This document shows, in pieces, positions 37,727 to 47,923 of a DNA stretch of 64,000 bases. Positions within the stretch are counted from its first letter, which is position 1; every line of letters starts with the position of its first letter. The notes under the pieces were generated by a model. The model was not told the origin of the DNA. It made no database searches and saw only the letters and a list, made by a program, of their open reading frames with translations. Origin of the DNA: an uncultured Thermodesulfobacterium sp. (GTDB taxonomy: Bacteria; Desulfobacterota; Thermodesulfobacteria; Thermodesulfobacteriales; Thermodesulfobacteriaceae); contig CALLJG010000011.1 in assembly GCA_938091335.1 (NCBI GenBank), positions 1,245 through 65,244 of the forward strand, given 5' to 3'. Made by a program: the position numbers and the translations under genes.

Positions 37727-38737
37727 CTATTTAAAACTTTCTAAAAAGATCAAATGATTTTCAAAAAAAATTCTTATATCATCTATCCCATATTTAATCA
37801 TAGCTATCCTTTCGATGCCTAAACCAAAAGCAAATCCTTGCCACATATTGATATCATAATTTACAGATTTGAAAACCTCAGGATGAACCATTCCCGCACC
37901 AAGGATTTCAAGCCAACCTGCATTACCACACACTTTACACCCTCGGCCTTTACACATTACACATTCTATATCCATTTCTAAGCTTGGTTCAGTAAAGGGA
38001 AAATAACTTGGCCTAAATCTTACTTTAATTTCTCCAAAGGTTTCTTTTGCAAAATAAATAAGAATTCCTTTCAAATCAGAAAAATTTACATCCTTATCTA
38101 CCATAAGTCCCTCTAATTGATGAAACATAGGAGAATGTCTTATATCTGCATCACAACGATAAACTTTACCAGGAGCAATTATTCTTAAAGGTGGAGTTCT
38201 TTCAAGCATAGCCCTTATTTGCATAGGTGAAGTGTGTGTTCTTAACAAAGCTCCATTTTTTAAATAAAAAGTAGCTTGCATATCTCTAGCAGGATGCCAA
38301 TCTGGAATATTTAAAGCTGTAAAATTATAATATTCTGTTTCTATTTCAGGACCAGTTATTATTTCAAAGCCGAGTTTTAAGAAAATTTCACAAAGTTCTT
38401 CTATAATTTTAGTAATAGGATGTAAAGTTCCTAAAGGAAAGATTCTTCCTGGAAGAGTAAGATCTAAACCAATGTCTTTATCTTCTTCTTTTAAAAGGAT
38501 TTCTCTTTCTTTTAATTTTAACTTTGTTTCTAATTCTTCCTTAATTTGATTAAGTATACTTCCTAATTTTTTCTTTTCTTCTAAAGAAAAATCCTTTAAC
38601 TGTTTTAAATACCAATTAATTTTACCTTTTTTTCCTAAATATTTAATTCTGAAATCTTCTAAATGATAGAGATTTTCTATTTTTTGGAAATCTTTCCAGA
38701 CTTCCTTTTCAAGTTTTTCTATTTCTTCAGATATCAT
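37727..38737 (-). CDS. pheS: Phenylalanine--tRNA ligase alpha subunit
   Basis: Class II motifs: HPARDMQATFY, FRPSYFPFTEPS and GFAFGLGIERIAM. Confidence 0.95.
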   Translation of the reverse strand: MISEEIEKLEKEVWKDFQKIENLYHLEDFRIKYLGKKGKINWYLKQLKDFSLEEKKKLGSILNQIKEELETKLKLKEREILLKEEDKDIGLDLTLPGRIFPLGTLHPITKIIEELCEIFLKLGFEIITGPEIETEYYNFTALNIPDWHPARDMQATFYLKNGALLRTHTSPMQIRAMLERTPPLRIIAPGKVYRCDADIRHSPMFHQLEGLMVDKDVNFSDLKGILIYFAKETFGEIKVRFRPSYFPFTEPSLEMDIECVMCKGRGCKVCGNAGWLEILGAGMVHPEVFKSVNYDINMWQGFAFGLGIERIAMIKYGIDDIRIFFENHLIFLESFK

Positions 38738-38754
38738 TGAGTAACTTTAAAATT

Positions 38755-39105
38755 TTAATGAGCTTTAGCAATTTCTACTAATTTGGTAAATATTTCAGGT
38801 TCATTGATTGCTAAATTGGCAAGTATTTTTCTATCAAGTTCAATCCTTGCTTTCTTAAGTTTTCCCATAAATTTACTGTAATTTAATCCGTTTAGTCTTG
38901 CAGCAGCATTTATTCTGATTTGCCAAAGTTTTCTAAAATCTCTTTTTTTATGCTTTCTATCTCTATAGGCATATACTAATGCTCTTTCTAAAGTTTCTTT
39001 AGCTCTTCTATATATATTTTTTCTTTGACCCCAATAACCTTTGGTTAATTTTAGTAATTTTTTATGCCTTCTTCTTGTCTTAACTCCACCTTTTGTTCTT
39101 GGCAT
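38755..39105 (-). CDS. rplT: 50S ribosomal protein L20
   Basis: [16 protein letters not shown]...[18 protein letters not shown]-type sequence. 116 aa. Confidence 0.95.
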   Translation of the reverse strand: MPRTKGGVKTRRRHKKLLKLTKGYWGQRKNIYRRAKETLERALVYAYRDRKHKKRDFRKLWQIRINAAARLNGLNYSKFMGKLKKARIELDRKILANLAINEPEIFTKLVEIAKAH

Positions 39106-39144
39106 AAGCTCCTTTCCTCCTTTAGAAAATAAACTGAAAAATTT

Positions 39145-39351
39145 CTAAAATTTATAAGGAAGACATCTTTTTATATGAGAACGGTATCCAGAAAAAAGTT
39201 CCTTCTCTTGATTAAGGTGTCTTTTTCTTTTTTTTGTCTTTTTTCTAAGTAAATGACTTTTTCCTGATTTTTTATGCATGATTTTTCCTGTTGCTGTAAT
39301 TTTAAATCTTTTAGCTGCTGAACGATTAGTTTTCATTTTTTGTTTAGCCAC
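39145..39351 (-). CDS. rpmI: 50S ribosomal protein L35 (GTG 39351 or internal ATG start)
   Basis: The KMKTNRSAAKRFKITATGKI signature, immediately upstream of rplT. Confidence 0.9.
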   Translation of the reverse strand: MAKQKMKTNRSAAKRFKITATGKIMHKKSGKSHLLRKKTKKRKRHLNQEKELFSGYRSHIKRCLPYKF

Positions 39352-39428
39352 CCTTTTACCCCATTAAAATTTTTATAGTTTCATCACTTTACACTATTTT
39401 TGAAGAAAAACAAGAGCTTAATTAAATA

Positions 39429-40271
39429 CTAACTATACTTTAAAAGTTGAGTTAAAATTTCTTTAGAAATTTTAAAACTTTCTTTTTCAGTAGGAAACTT
39501 CTTATTTTTACATTCATAAACATAATTTTTTAAAGCATTTTTAAAAATTTCAAATCCATTAACATAGGTTTTAACAAATTTAGGTCTCATTTCTAAATAT
39601 AATCCTACTACATCATGAAAAACAAGAATTTGCCCATCTGTATAAGAACCAGCTCCTATTCCTATTGTAGGGATCTTTATTTTTTCAGTGACGATTTTAG
39701 CAAGTTCAGCAGGAACACATTCAATAACGATTCCAAAAACACCAAGGGACTCTAAAATTTGAGCATCTTTTAAAAGTTTTTGAGCACTCTCTATAGTTTT
39801 ACCTCGAACTTTAAGTCCTCCTAATTCCAAACTTCTTTGAGGAGTAAGACCGATATGCCCAAGTACAGGTATTCCAGCTTTTATTATAGCTAAAATTATT
39901 TCAGCAACTTCTTCTCCTCCTTCTATCTTAACTCCGTGACATCTTCCTTCCTTTATAAATCTGCCTGCATTATATATAGCTTGTTCTTTAGAAACTTGAT
40001 AAGATAAAAAAGGCATATCTCCTATTCTCAAAGTATTTGGAGCGCCTTTACTTACAGCTTTACAAAAAATAAGCATTTCCTCCATTCCAATAGAATAAGT
40101 ATCTTCTTCTCCCAAAACCACCATAGCTGATGAATCTCCAATTAAAATAAAGTCTATACCTGCTTCCTCTGCAAGTTTTGCTGTAATATAATCATAAGAA
40201 GTAATAGCAACTATAGGTTCTTTACCCTTTTTATCTATTAAGCTATATGGACTTAATTTGAAAAGAGACAT
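39429..40271 (-). CDS. panB: 3-methyl-2-oxobutanoate hydroxymethyltransferase
   Basis: ITSYDY, LIGDSSAMV, VKIEGG and IGIGAG motifs. Confidence 0.9.
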   Translation of the reverse strand: MSLFKLSPYSLIDKKGKEPIVAITSYDYITAKLAEEAGIDFILIGDSSAMVVLGEEDTYSIGMEEMLIFCKAVSKGAPNTLRIGDMPFLSYQVSKEQAIYNAGRFIKEGRCHGVKIEGGEEVAEIILAIIKAGIPVLGHIGLTPQRSLELGGLKVRGKTIESAQKLLKDAQILESLGVFGIVIECVPAELAKIVTEKIKIPTIGIGAGSYTDGQILVFHDVVGLYLEMRPKFVKTYVNGFEIFKNALKNYVYECKNKKFPTEKESFKISKEILTQLLKYS

Positions 40272-41254
40272 AAAGCTTTATTTGAAGAAAAAAGTTTATA
40301 TTTTTTTTGAAGATATAAATATCCTTTTTGAGTAAGTATCCTTCCTCTTCTTGTCCTAGCTATCAACCCCAATCTAATAAGAGCTGGTTCATAAATAGTT
40401 TCAAGCTCTTCTGTTGAAATGTTAGTGGATAAAGCAAGAGATGAAATTCCTACAGGTCCTCCATTAAATTCTTTGTATAAAGTTAAAAGGCATTTTCTAT
40501 CTTCTGAAGTTAATCCCCATTCATCAATATCAAGAAGCTTTAAGAATCTATCAAATTCTTCAGAAGAAATTTTCCCATACCCTTTAGATGAACAAGGAGA
40601 ATTTAATAAAATAAATTCTCTCAGTTTTCTTATTAAATTTATAGCTTGTCTTGGTATTCCTTTACCTGCTCTTGCAAGTTTTAAAGCATTATTTTTGTCT
40701 ATTTCAAATCCCCAGGTTTTTCCTACTTTTATAATAATGTCTCTTAATTCTTCATCTGTATAATAGTCAAGTTTAAAAATTAGTTGAAATCTGTCTCTAA
40801 GTGGAGCTGAACAGAGGTTAGGTTTATTAGTAGCTCCTATTAATGTAAATTTAGGTAAATTAAGTCTTATAGTTTTTCCTGTGTTTCCCTTTCCAATTAC
40901 AATATCAAGGGCAAAATCTTCCATAGCGGTGTAAAGAATTTCTTGACAAGGCTTAGGTATCCGGTGAATTTCATCAATAAAAAGAATATCTCCTTCTTTA
41001 AGATTAGTAAGAACTGCAGCTAAGGTACCTGTTTTGTCAAGAATAGGTCCTGAAGTTATTTTTAAATTCCTGTTTAATTCATAAGCTATTATTTTGGCTA
41101 AGGTAGTTTTTCCTAATCCAGGAGCACCAATAAAAAAAGTATGAGGGAATATATCATTTCTTTTTTTAACCGAAGAAATATAAATAAAAAGTTCTTCTTT
41201 TATTCTTTTCTGACCAATAAATTCAGAAAGACTACCAGGTCTATAATATACCAT
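40253..41254 (-). CDS. ruvB: Holliday junction branch migration helicase RuvB
   Basis: RP.SL.EFIGQ, Walker A GAPGLGKTTLA, Walker B FIDEIHR, and a C-terminal winged helix. Confidence 0.95.
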   Translation of the reverse strand: MVYYRPGSLSEFIGQKRIKEELFIYISSVKKRNDIFPHTFFIGAPGLGKTTLAKIIAYELNRNLKITSGPILDKTGTLAAVLTNLKEGDILFIDEIHRIPKPCQEILYTAMEDFALDIVIGKGNTGKTIRLNLPKFTLIGATNKPNLCSAPLRDRFQLIFKLDYYTDEELRDIIIKVGKTWGFEIDKNNALKLARAGKGIPRQAINLIRKLREFILLNSPCSSKGYGKISSEEFDRFLKLLDIDEWGLTSEDRKCLLTLYKEFNGGPVGISSLALSTNISTEELETIYEPALIRLGLIARTRRGRILTQKGYLYLQKKYKLFSSNKALCLFSN

Positions 41255-41388
41255 TTTTTAAGTTATTTCTTTTTCCCTTTATTGTAATAAATTAACTGGT
41301 TTTTTCTAATTCTTCAAGTATTTATAATTTGGTTTCTTCAATAAGTTATCTGCTAAATTTCCCCAAAAAGTATATTAAACATATTTTT

Positions 41389-43350
41389 TTATGTTAATTC
41401 TTTTTTTAACTCTGCTAAATAAACATCTTTCATTTTTTCAAGTTGCTGTATCAATTTTTGGGAGATCTTTTTTCTTTCTTCTAGTAATAATCTTACTTTT
41501 TCTTTATCTCCTATATTATGAGCAAGTATAAGTTCTTTAGAAATAGTATGAATTTTTTTATGAATTTCTTCAAATTCAGCAAAAATAGAAATTTTTCTAA
41601 ACTTCTCTCCTTCGGCACTATAATACCATTTACCAATACCACAGGTTTTATAATCTCCAAGAAGTTCTGGATCAAGAACCTCAAGTCCCATCAAATGTGC
41701 ATTTACTCTTAAATTCATTCTTTCATGATCAGACTTAAAAAGATCAAAAAGTAATTCTCTTAATTTTTCAGTTTTTACTGAAGTTGCAGTATATCTTAGG
41801 TCTGAAGATATGGCAACCAAATTATATATGTTTTTAGCCAAATTTTCAATTAAATTAGTAACTTCTGCAGTTAACCTAGCATTTTCTTCAACATTTTTAC
41901 TTATTTCTTCACTTGCTATAGATTGTTCTTCAGTTGCGGCGGCAATTTGAGATATGGCATCTTTTACCTTTTGAGAAGAATCAACAATATTTTCAAGAGA
42001 AATTTTTACTTTATTTAAAGCATTTACAGCTCTTTCTACCTCTTGAGCTGTAATTTCCATATTTTGAAAAGCTTTATTTGATTCTAATTGAATAGTTGTT
42101 ATCTTTTCTGCTATTTCCTCAGTAGCTTTAAGAGTTCTATCAGCAAGTTTTCTTATTTCTTCAGCTACTACTGCAAATCCTCTTCCGTGTTCCCCTGCAC
42201 GAGCTGCTTCAATAGTAGCATTTAAAGCTAAAAGATTTGTTTGATCAGCAATATCTTTAATGAGTTGGACAATATAGACTATTTCATTAGTTCTTTTGTT
42301 TAATTCTTCTATAACGCTTTTTAAGGTTAGAGTATCTTCATTAGCTTTTATTATAGTATTTGTTGCTTCATCAGAAACAATTTTTCCTTCCATTGCTATG
42401 TTTATATTTTGAACTGCAAGTTCAGACACACTATTTGCATTTTTAGCAATATCCGCAATGGTAGTAGTCATTTCTTCAACTGCACTTGCAACCTGAGATG
42501 CCTGAGTAGATTGTAATTTAGAATCTTCAAGTGCTTTGTTAATGATTTTAAAGCTTTCATCCACTGAATCAGCAAGACTTTGAGAATAAATTAAAGACTT
42601 TTCATTAAGAGAAAGAAAAGCATCTAAAAGTCTTTGTATATTTCGTGAAAGTCTCCCTGCTATATCTACCCTATCCTGGAAACCCACCTTAATTGTAAGA
42701 TCGCCTTCTGCCATTTTTTCAAGAATTTGTCCTAACTTTTCAATAGGTCTATGTGTAATTGTATAAGTAATATAAAGAATTATAGGTGTTACTAGTATTC
42801 CTAAAAAGCCAAGTATTGCAAATATTAATTGTAATTTTTTTACTTTGGAAAAAATCTCTTTAAAAGGATTTTCTATCACTATAGCTCCAAGAATTTCTCC
42901 TTGCCTAACTTTATGACAACTAAGACAAACTGGTTCAGCCTTTAAAGGATATATACCTTTTAAAGATGTATCAGTCTGATAAATCATTTCTTCACCTTTA
43001 ACTAAGATTTTTTTTTCTTCAGAAGTAGGATAAAAGGTAGGTAGTTCATTTCCAAATTGAGAATCCACCTTTTCAGTTCTTAATATCTTAATATTTTTTA
43101 AAGATCTAAGATAATAGTTTCTAAATTCCTTATAATTAGAGTGAGCCATGTCTTTTATCAAATTTGTTTTTATAGCATGGTAGTAAAGAGGGAAAGTTTC
43201 TGTTTTTGCTTGATATAAAGTTATCCACTTAAGAGCAAAGCCTGAAATTAAAACAGTGATTAAAACACCTATTACAGTAATAAAAGTTAAAGGAATAATA
43301 AGTTTCCACCGAATTTTCAATTTTTTATCAAGGGAAGAAAAAAGCCCCAT
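41389..43350 (-). CDS. Methyl-accepting chemotaxis protein with a periplasmic CxxCH sensor domain, HAMP and a C-terminal CZB zinc-binding domain
   Basis: Two TM helices flank about 140 aa containing CLSCH (aa 142-146, nt 42913-42927). HAMP ([18 protein letters not shown]) follows. The MA signalling hairpin is [37 protein letters not shown]. The C-terminus reads H-x..-CGIGKW-x..-HKKIH (CZB pattern). Confidence 0.85.
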   Translation of the reverse strand: MGLFSSLDKKLKIRWKLIIPLTFITVIGVLITVLISGFALKWITLYQAKTETFPLYYHAIKTNLIKDMAHSNYKEFRNYYLRSLKNIKILRTEKVDSQFGNELPTFYPTSEEKKILVKGEEMIYQTDTSLKGIYPLKAEPVCLSCHKVRQGEILGAIVIENPFKEIFSKVKKLQLIFAILGFLGILVTPIILYITYTITHRPIEKLGQILEKMAEGDLTIKVGFQDRVDIAGRLSRNIQRLLDAFLSLNEKSLIYSQSLADSVDESFKIINKALEDSKLQSTQASQVASAVEEMTTTIADIAKNANSVSELAVQNINIAMEGKIVSDEATNTIIKANEDTLTLKSVIEELNKRTNEIVYIVQLIKDIADQTNLLALNATIEAARAGEHGRGFAVVAEEIRKLADRTLKATEEIAEKITTIQLESNKAFQNMEITAQEVERAVNALNKVKISLENIVDSSQKVKDAISQIAAATEEQSIASEEISKNVEENARLTAEVTNLIENLAKNIYNLVAISSDLRYTATSVKTEKLRELLFDLFKSDHERMNLRVNAHLMGLEVLDPELLGDYKTCGIGKWYYSAEGEKFRKISIFAEFEEIHKKIHTISKELILAHNIGDKEKVRLLLEERKKISQKLIQQLEKMKDVYLAELKKELT

Positions 43351-43431
43351 TTTTGACCTCCTTAGATTTATTTTAAATAGAAATTATGAAAAAAATTGAT
43401 ATAAAGTCAAGTAAAAATTAATTTTAAAGAT

Positions 43432-43504
43432 TGGGCCGCGGAGGACTCGAACCTCCAACCTATGGATTAAGAGTCCATTGCTCTACCACTTGAGCTAGCG
43501 GCCC
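43432..43504 (-). tRNA. tRNA-Lys (anticodon CUU)
   Basis: The reverse complement is GGGCCGCTAGCTCAAGTGGTAGAGCAATGGACTCTTAATCCATAGGTTGGAGGTTCGAGTCCTCCGCGGCCCA. The anticodon loop is CTCTTAA. Confidence 0.9.
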
Positions 43505-43601
43505 TTTAATATTTTAGACAATAATATTTTTTATAATTTTGTCAAGAATTTTGTTAAAATATTAAGTTGAAAGAAGAAGAAAGGTGATTAAATTTTAAAA
43601 A

Positions 43602-44004
43602 GGGGGTAGAGTTTAAGAGGTAGTTGCTCTGGTAGATCTTTGAAAAGGTCTACTGGGGAGGAAAGTCCGGGCTCCACAGGGGAGGACGCCGGGTAATACC
43701 CGGAGGGAGTAATCCCTGGACAGGGCCACAGAAAACAGACTACCAGCGGCCAAGAAGTTCTAAAACTTCTTGGTGCGGGTAAAGGTGAAAAGGTGAGGTA
43801 AGAGCTCACCGCACAGGGTGGTAACACCCTGTGGCATGGTAACCCCCGTCCGGAGCAAGGCCAAACAGAGCCAAAGGGTGCCCCGCCCAAAAAGGCTCAG
43901 GTAGGCCGCTTGAGAAGAGGAGTAATCCTCTTCCTAGAAAAATAACTACCACCTGGACAGAATTCTCCAGGTAACAGAACCCGGCTTACTTAAACTCTAC
44001 CCCC
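43602..44004 (+). ncRNA. rnpB: RNase P RNA, bacterial type A
   Basis: The universal P4 strands GGAGGAAAGTCCGGGCTCCA and ACAGAACCCGGCTTA are present. P1 pairs GGGGGTAGAGTTTAAG with CTTAAACTCTACCCCC. The region is GC-rich in an AT-rich genome. Confidence 0.9.
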
Positions 44005-44014
44005 TCACATTTTT

Positions 44015-44599
44015 ATGTTCAAGTATATAGAATTTGTTAAAAGTGTTTATAATTTAAAAGATCTTCCTCCACCAGAATTACCTGAAATCGCTTTTCTTGG
44101 TAGATCAAATGTAGGAAAATCCTCTCTTATAAATGCTTTTCTGGAAAGAAAAAATATAGCTCGTATATCCTCTACCCCTGGATTTACTAAGGCTATCAAT
44201 TTTTTTAGAATAGATTTTAGATTTTGTTTAGTAGATTTACCCGGATATGGCTTTGCTAAAGTTCCTTTAGATTTACAAAAAAAATGGAAATTTTTAATTG
44301 AGGGATATTTAAGAGCTGTAAGAGATCTTCGATCACTTGTTTTGATTTTTGATATAAAAAGAACACCTGATCAATTAGACATTAATCTCTTAGAATTTGT
44401 AAAAGCTATTAAAAAATCTTTTTGTATAGTATTAAATAAAATAGACACCCTTTCAAAATCAGAAATAAAAAGACATAAAGAAATGTATTACAAAACTCTT
44501 AATTTAACTGATAAAGTTTCTTTATTTCAAGTATCTTGTAAAGAAAAAATAGGAATAGATGAATTTAGAAGATTTATTATTTCTCAAATAAAAAGTTAG
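44015..44599 (+). CDS. engB: Ribosome-biogenesis GTPase EngB/YsxC/YihA
   Basis: G1 GRSNVGKSSLIN, G3 DLPGYG and G4 NKID motifs. 194 aa. Confidence 0.85.
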   Translation: MFKYIEFVKSVYNLKDLPPPELPEIAFLGRSNVGKSSLINAFLERKNIARISSTPGFTKAINFFRIDFRFCLVDLPGYGFAKVPLDLQKKWKFLIEGYLRAVRDLRSLVLIFDIKRTPDQLDINLLEFVKAIKKSFCIVLNKIDTLSKSEIKRHKEMYYKTLNLTDKVSLFQVSCKEKIGIDEFRRFIISQIKS

Positions 44600-44727
44600 T
44601 CTCTTATGAATTTTTTTCTTGGCTTCATATGTTATTAAAAAGCAAATCTAATTATTAGAAAAAACACAATTTCAGCAGCTTTTAATTTTCACCTAAACTA
44701 GCATAGATAAGCATTTGCTTATTTGAT

Positions 44728-45483
44728 TTATTTAATCTCTAATTTCATTCCATCATAACAAGCTTTTATATTAAGATTTAATTCTTCGCTCAATTTCTGA
44801 GCGATTTTAAAGGGATTAGCTTTTAACATAGTCATTCCAAAATGTGTAAGAATTATTTCTTCTGGTTTAATTTTGGTTAAAAGGTTTTTAATATCAGGTA
44901 TACTTAAATGTAAAACCCCATTTTTAGGAGTAATTCTTACTACATAGATAATAAGGATATCAACATTTTTAAATTCTTCGGCTAAATTCTCAAAATAAGC
45001 TGTATCTGTAAGAAAGCCAACTATTTTTCCTTCTGGGAAGAAAAATAGAAAACCATAATTTTCTACGGTGTGACAAAGTTGAGAAGTTGTCTTAAATTTA
45101 AAAGGAGGTTCTTCATAAAAAGTAAGAGGTTTAAGGAATTTTATTTTTTTTAAATATGTTCTTAGATAAGGAAGTAAAATAGGTTCATTTATGGCACTTT
45201 CTGTTATGTATAAATTTCCCTTTTTCTTGAATCCTCCTTCAGTTATTGCATCTACTATTATATTTAGGTCTGCTGAATGATCCAAATGATGATGGGAAAT
45301 TACTATAGTTTCTATTTTTTCTATGGGTATCTTTTTTTTTGCAAGATACACTAAGGTTCCTGGTCCTGGATCTAAAAGCAAATAGGAATTTTCTATTTTT
45401 ATAATTGTTCCAGCAGAAGCTCTTAATTGTTTAGCTACTACATATCGAGCACCTGCTGTTCCAAGAAAAATAATTTCGCTCAT
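44728..45483 (-). CDS. MBL-fold metallo-hydrolase
   Basis: The ISHHHLDH (HxHxDH) motif with downstream His/Asp ligands. 251 aa. Confidence 0.75.
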   Translation of the reverse strand: MSEIIFLGTAGARYVVAKQLRASAGTIIKIENSYLLLDPGPGTLVYLAKKKIPIEKIETIVISHHHLDHSADLNIIVDAITEGGFKKKGNLYITESAINEPILLPYLRTYLKKIKFLKPLTFYEEPPFKFKTTSQLCHTVENYGFLFFFPEGKIVGFLTDTAYFENLAEEFKNVDILIIYVVRITPKNGVLHLSIPDIKNLLTKIKPEEIILTHFGMTMLKANPFKIAQKLSEELNLNIKACYDGMKLEIK

Positions 45484-45531
45484 TATAAAGGGATATTTTA
45501 ATTATAAATTATAAAAGGTAAAATATAAAAG

Positions 45532-46509
45532 ATGAATAAAGTTAATTTTGACTTTATAGGATGTGGGGCATTAAACTGGGATATATTTTTTGATACAGAA
45601 GATCTTATTAAAATTAAGTTTGAATCTTTTTCTTTTTATCCCGGTAGAGAGATAATAATAGAAAGAAAAAAGTTTTTTAAATTATTAAATCTTTTGGAAA
45701 AAAAAGGGAACTTTCTTTTTGAATGTGGAGGTGGTTCTTCAGCTAATACCATTTATGCTTTATCTTGTTGGGGGTTTAAAAATGCTTTTGTTGGGGCAGT
45801 TGGAAAAGATAATTATGGAGAAAAAATTCTTTATGAGTTGGAAAAAATAGGGGTAGAGACAAATTTTATTGTAAAAGAAGGAGAAACAAGCTTAGCACTT
45901 ATTATTCTTGATAGAAAAAAAGATAGATTTATAGCGGTAAGTCCAGGGAATAGTGAAATTTTTATTAAAAAAATAAAAATTGATAAATTATCTTTAAATG
46001 GATTTTTCCATTTTTCTTCCTTTGCATCTCAAGCTGGTCAAAACTTTCAAAGAAGACTTCTAAAAGATATTTCCTTTAAAATTTCCTTTGATCCAGGAGA
46101 AATTTATGCAGCTTTAGGTAAAGATTTTCTTCTTCCTTGGTTTAAAAAAACTCAGATTTTATTTCTTTCAGAATATGAATTTAAAAAAATAGGGCTTTCT
46201 TTTAATGAATTGTTTGATTTAGGGATTGAAAAAATATTTTTAAAAAGGGGGAAAGAAGGTGCTATATTTATTTCTAAGGAAGAAAAGATAGAAGCTCCAG
46301 TATATCCTTCTCAAAAAATAGTAGATAATACAGGAGCTGGAGATTATTTTAATGCAGGAGTTTTAGCAGCACTTAAACTGGGATTAAAAAATGAAAAAGC
46401 CTTAAAGCTGGGTATTTTTTCAGCAAGTATTAGTCTTAGAAATTATGGAAGAAAAGGATGTTTAACTAAAGAAGAGTTCCAAAATTCCATTAATTTGTTA
46501 TTATATTGA
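45532..46509 (+). CDS. PfkB-family carbohydrate/nucleoside kinase
   Basis: N-terminal GGGSSANT and the C-terminal DNTGAGDYF anion-hole motif. Confidence 0.75.
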   Translation: MNKVNFDFIGCGALNWDIFFDTEDLIKIKFESFSFYPGREIIIERKKFFKLLNLLEKKGNFLFECGGGSSANTIYALSCWGFKNAFVGAVGKDNYGEKILYELEKIGVETNFIVKEGETSLALIILDRKKDRFIAVSPGNSEIFIKKIKIDKLSLNGFFHFSSFASQAGQNFQRRLLKDISFKISFDPGEIYAALGKDFLLPWFKKTQILFLSEYEFKKIGLSFNELFDLGIEKIFLKRGKEGAIFISKEEKIEAPVYPSQKIVDNTGAGDYFNAGVLAALKLGLKNEKALKLGIFSASISLRNYGRKGCLTKEEFQNSINLLLY

Positions 46510-46529
46510 TTTGCTAAAGAGTATATAAA

Positions 46530-47909
46530 ATGTCAATTATAATTCCTAAAAATATAGATAGTCTTTTAAAGATTTTATCAAAAGATGATAGTTTATTTGG
46601 AGAGATTTATATTGAGAATGAAGAGGTTTTAAGAATTGTTGTTGAACCAGATAGGATTGATGAAATAGATTGGGGTAAAGAGCAAGGAATAGCTTTTAGA
46701 AAAATAAGTGAGAATTTTAAAAATTACTTTGGTTATTCTTCTCAATTTGATGAAGAGGTTTTAGAGAATTTAGTAAAGGGACTTATAAAGGAAGAAAGTT
46801 TTAATTCCTCAGAAAGAACAGGATTTAAAACTGGTGAAAAATTAGAAGAAGAAAAAACTTATAAAAAATTTTTAGAAGAAAGATTTTATTTTTTAGAAAA
46901 TATAAAGAAAAAAATTAAGAAAACTAAAGAAATAAAACATTATAAAGTATTAATGAATGAAAGTAAAAAGGAAGTTTTGATTTTAAATTCAGAAGGATCT
47001 TTTATTGAACAAGTTCGTTATTATTTTCGGTTAGGTATTTTAGTAGTAGTTGAAAAAGATGGAAAATTAGAAAGAGGATATGATGTATTAGGAAAGACAT
47101 TACCTTTTGATAAAATAGTAGAAGTACCTGAATTTTTAGAACTACCTGAAAAAGTAAGTAATCTTGCTTTAATAATGCTTTCCGCTAAAAAAGTACCTGC
47201 AGGAGTTATGCCAGTAGTGCTTTCAAGTGAAGCTGGTGGTACAATGATTCATGAAGCAGTAGGTCATGGTTTAGAAGCTGATCATGCAGAAGAAGGATTT
47301 TCTGTATATTCTGGAAAAATAGGAGAAAAAGTAGCAAGTGAACTTATTACAGTAGTAGATGATGCTACTTTAGAAAATTTATATGGGTCCTATAAAATTG
47401 ATGATGAAGGAATTCCTTCTCAAAAAGTAATATTAATAGAAAAGGGGATTTTAAAAAATTTTCTTTATGATAGATATTTTGCTTTAAAATATGGTAAGAT
47501 TTCCAATGGACATGGTAGAAGAGAAAACTTTAGGCATATTCCTTTACCAAGAATGGCTAATACTTATATAGAAAAAGGAGCTCATAATCCAGAAGATATT
47601 ATTAAAAGTATAGATAAAGGCTTATTAATAAAAAAAATGGGTGGAGGAGAAGTGAATCCTTTAACAGGAGATTTTGTGTTTGAAGTAAGAGAAGGATATT
47701 TTATAGATAAAGGAGAAATAGTTTATCCTGTAAAAGGGGTTACTTTAGTAGGAAATGGACCGCAAGTACTTAAAATGATTGATATGGTAGGTAATGATCT
47801 TGAATTTAGTTGTGGTATGTGTGGTAAGGATGATCAAATAGTTCCTGTTGCTGATGGTCAGCCTACTCTAAGAATTCCAGAAATTACAGTAGGAGGATTA
47901 GTTGAGTAA
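46530..47909 (+). CDS. tldD: TldD/PmbA-family metalloprotease (TldD-like)
   Basis: The HEAVGHGLEAD (HExxxH) motif and the Gly-rich C-terminal domain GGGEVNPLTGDF. Confidence 0.8.
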   Translation: MSIIIPKNIDSLLKILSKDDSLFGEIYIENEEVLRIVVEPDRIDEIDWGKEQGIAFRKISENFKNYFGYSSQFDEEVLENLVKGLIKEESFNSSERTGFKTGEKLEEEKTYKKFLEERFYFLENIKKKIKKTKEIKHYKVLMNESKKEVLILNSEGSFIEQVRYYFRLGILVVVEKDGKLERGYDVLGKTLPFDKIVEVPEFLELPEKVSNLALIMLSAKKVPAGVMPVVLSSEAGGTMIHEAVGHGLEADHAEEGFSVYSGKIGEKVASELITVVDDATLENLYGSYKIDDEGIPSQKVILIEKGILKNFLYDRYFALKYGKISNGHGRRENFRHIPLPRMANTYIEKGAHNPEDIIKSIDKGLLIKKMGGGEVNPLTGDFVFEVREGYFIDKGEIVYPVKGVTLVGNGPQVLKMIDMVGNDLEFSCGMCGKDDQIVPVADGQPTLRIPEITVGGLVE

Positions 47910-47923
47910 GGGGGGATTTAAAT

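Noticed and set aside
43588-43890. A 100-aa minus-strand ORF rich in Pro, Cys and Ser
   Set aside because: It lies entirely antisense to the RNase P RNA gene. The open frame is a by-product of the GC-rich structural RNA.
44707-44722. The inverted repeat ATAAGCA-TT-TGCTTAT between convergent engB and the MBL hydrolase, as a bidirectional terminator
   Set aside because: A 2-nt loop is sterically impossible without melting the stem, and the stem is AT-rich and weak. It is not convincing as an intrinsic terminator.
47910-47923. Riboswitches or leaders upstream of purF, queH, ribF, panB, carA and pstS
   Set aside because: The upstream spacers are too short (0-30 nt) to hold known riboswitch aptamers. 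The longer spacers (56014-56199 and 33993-34218) are low-complexity A/T with no conserved aptamer cores that I can recognise.
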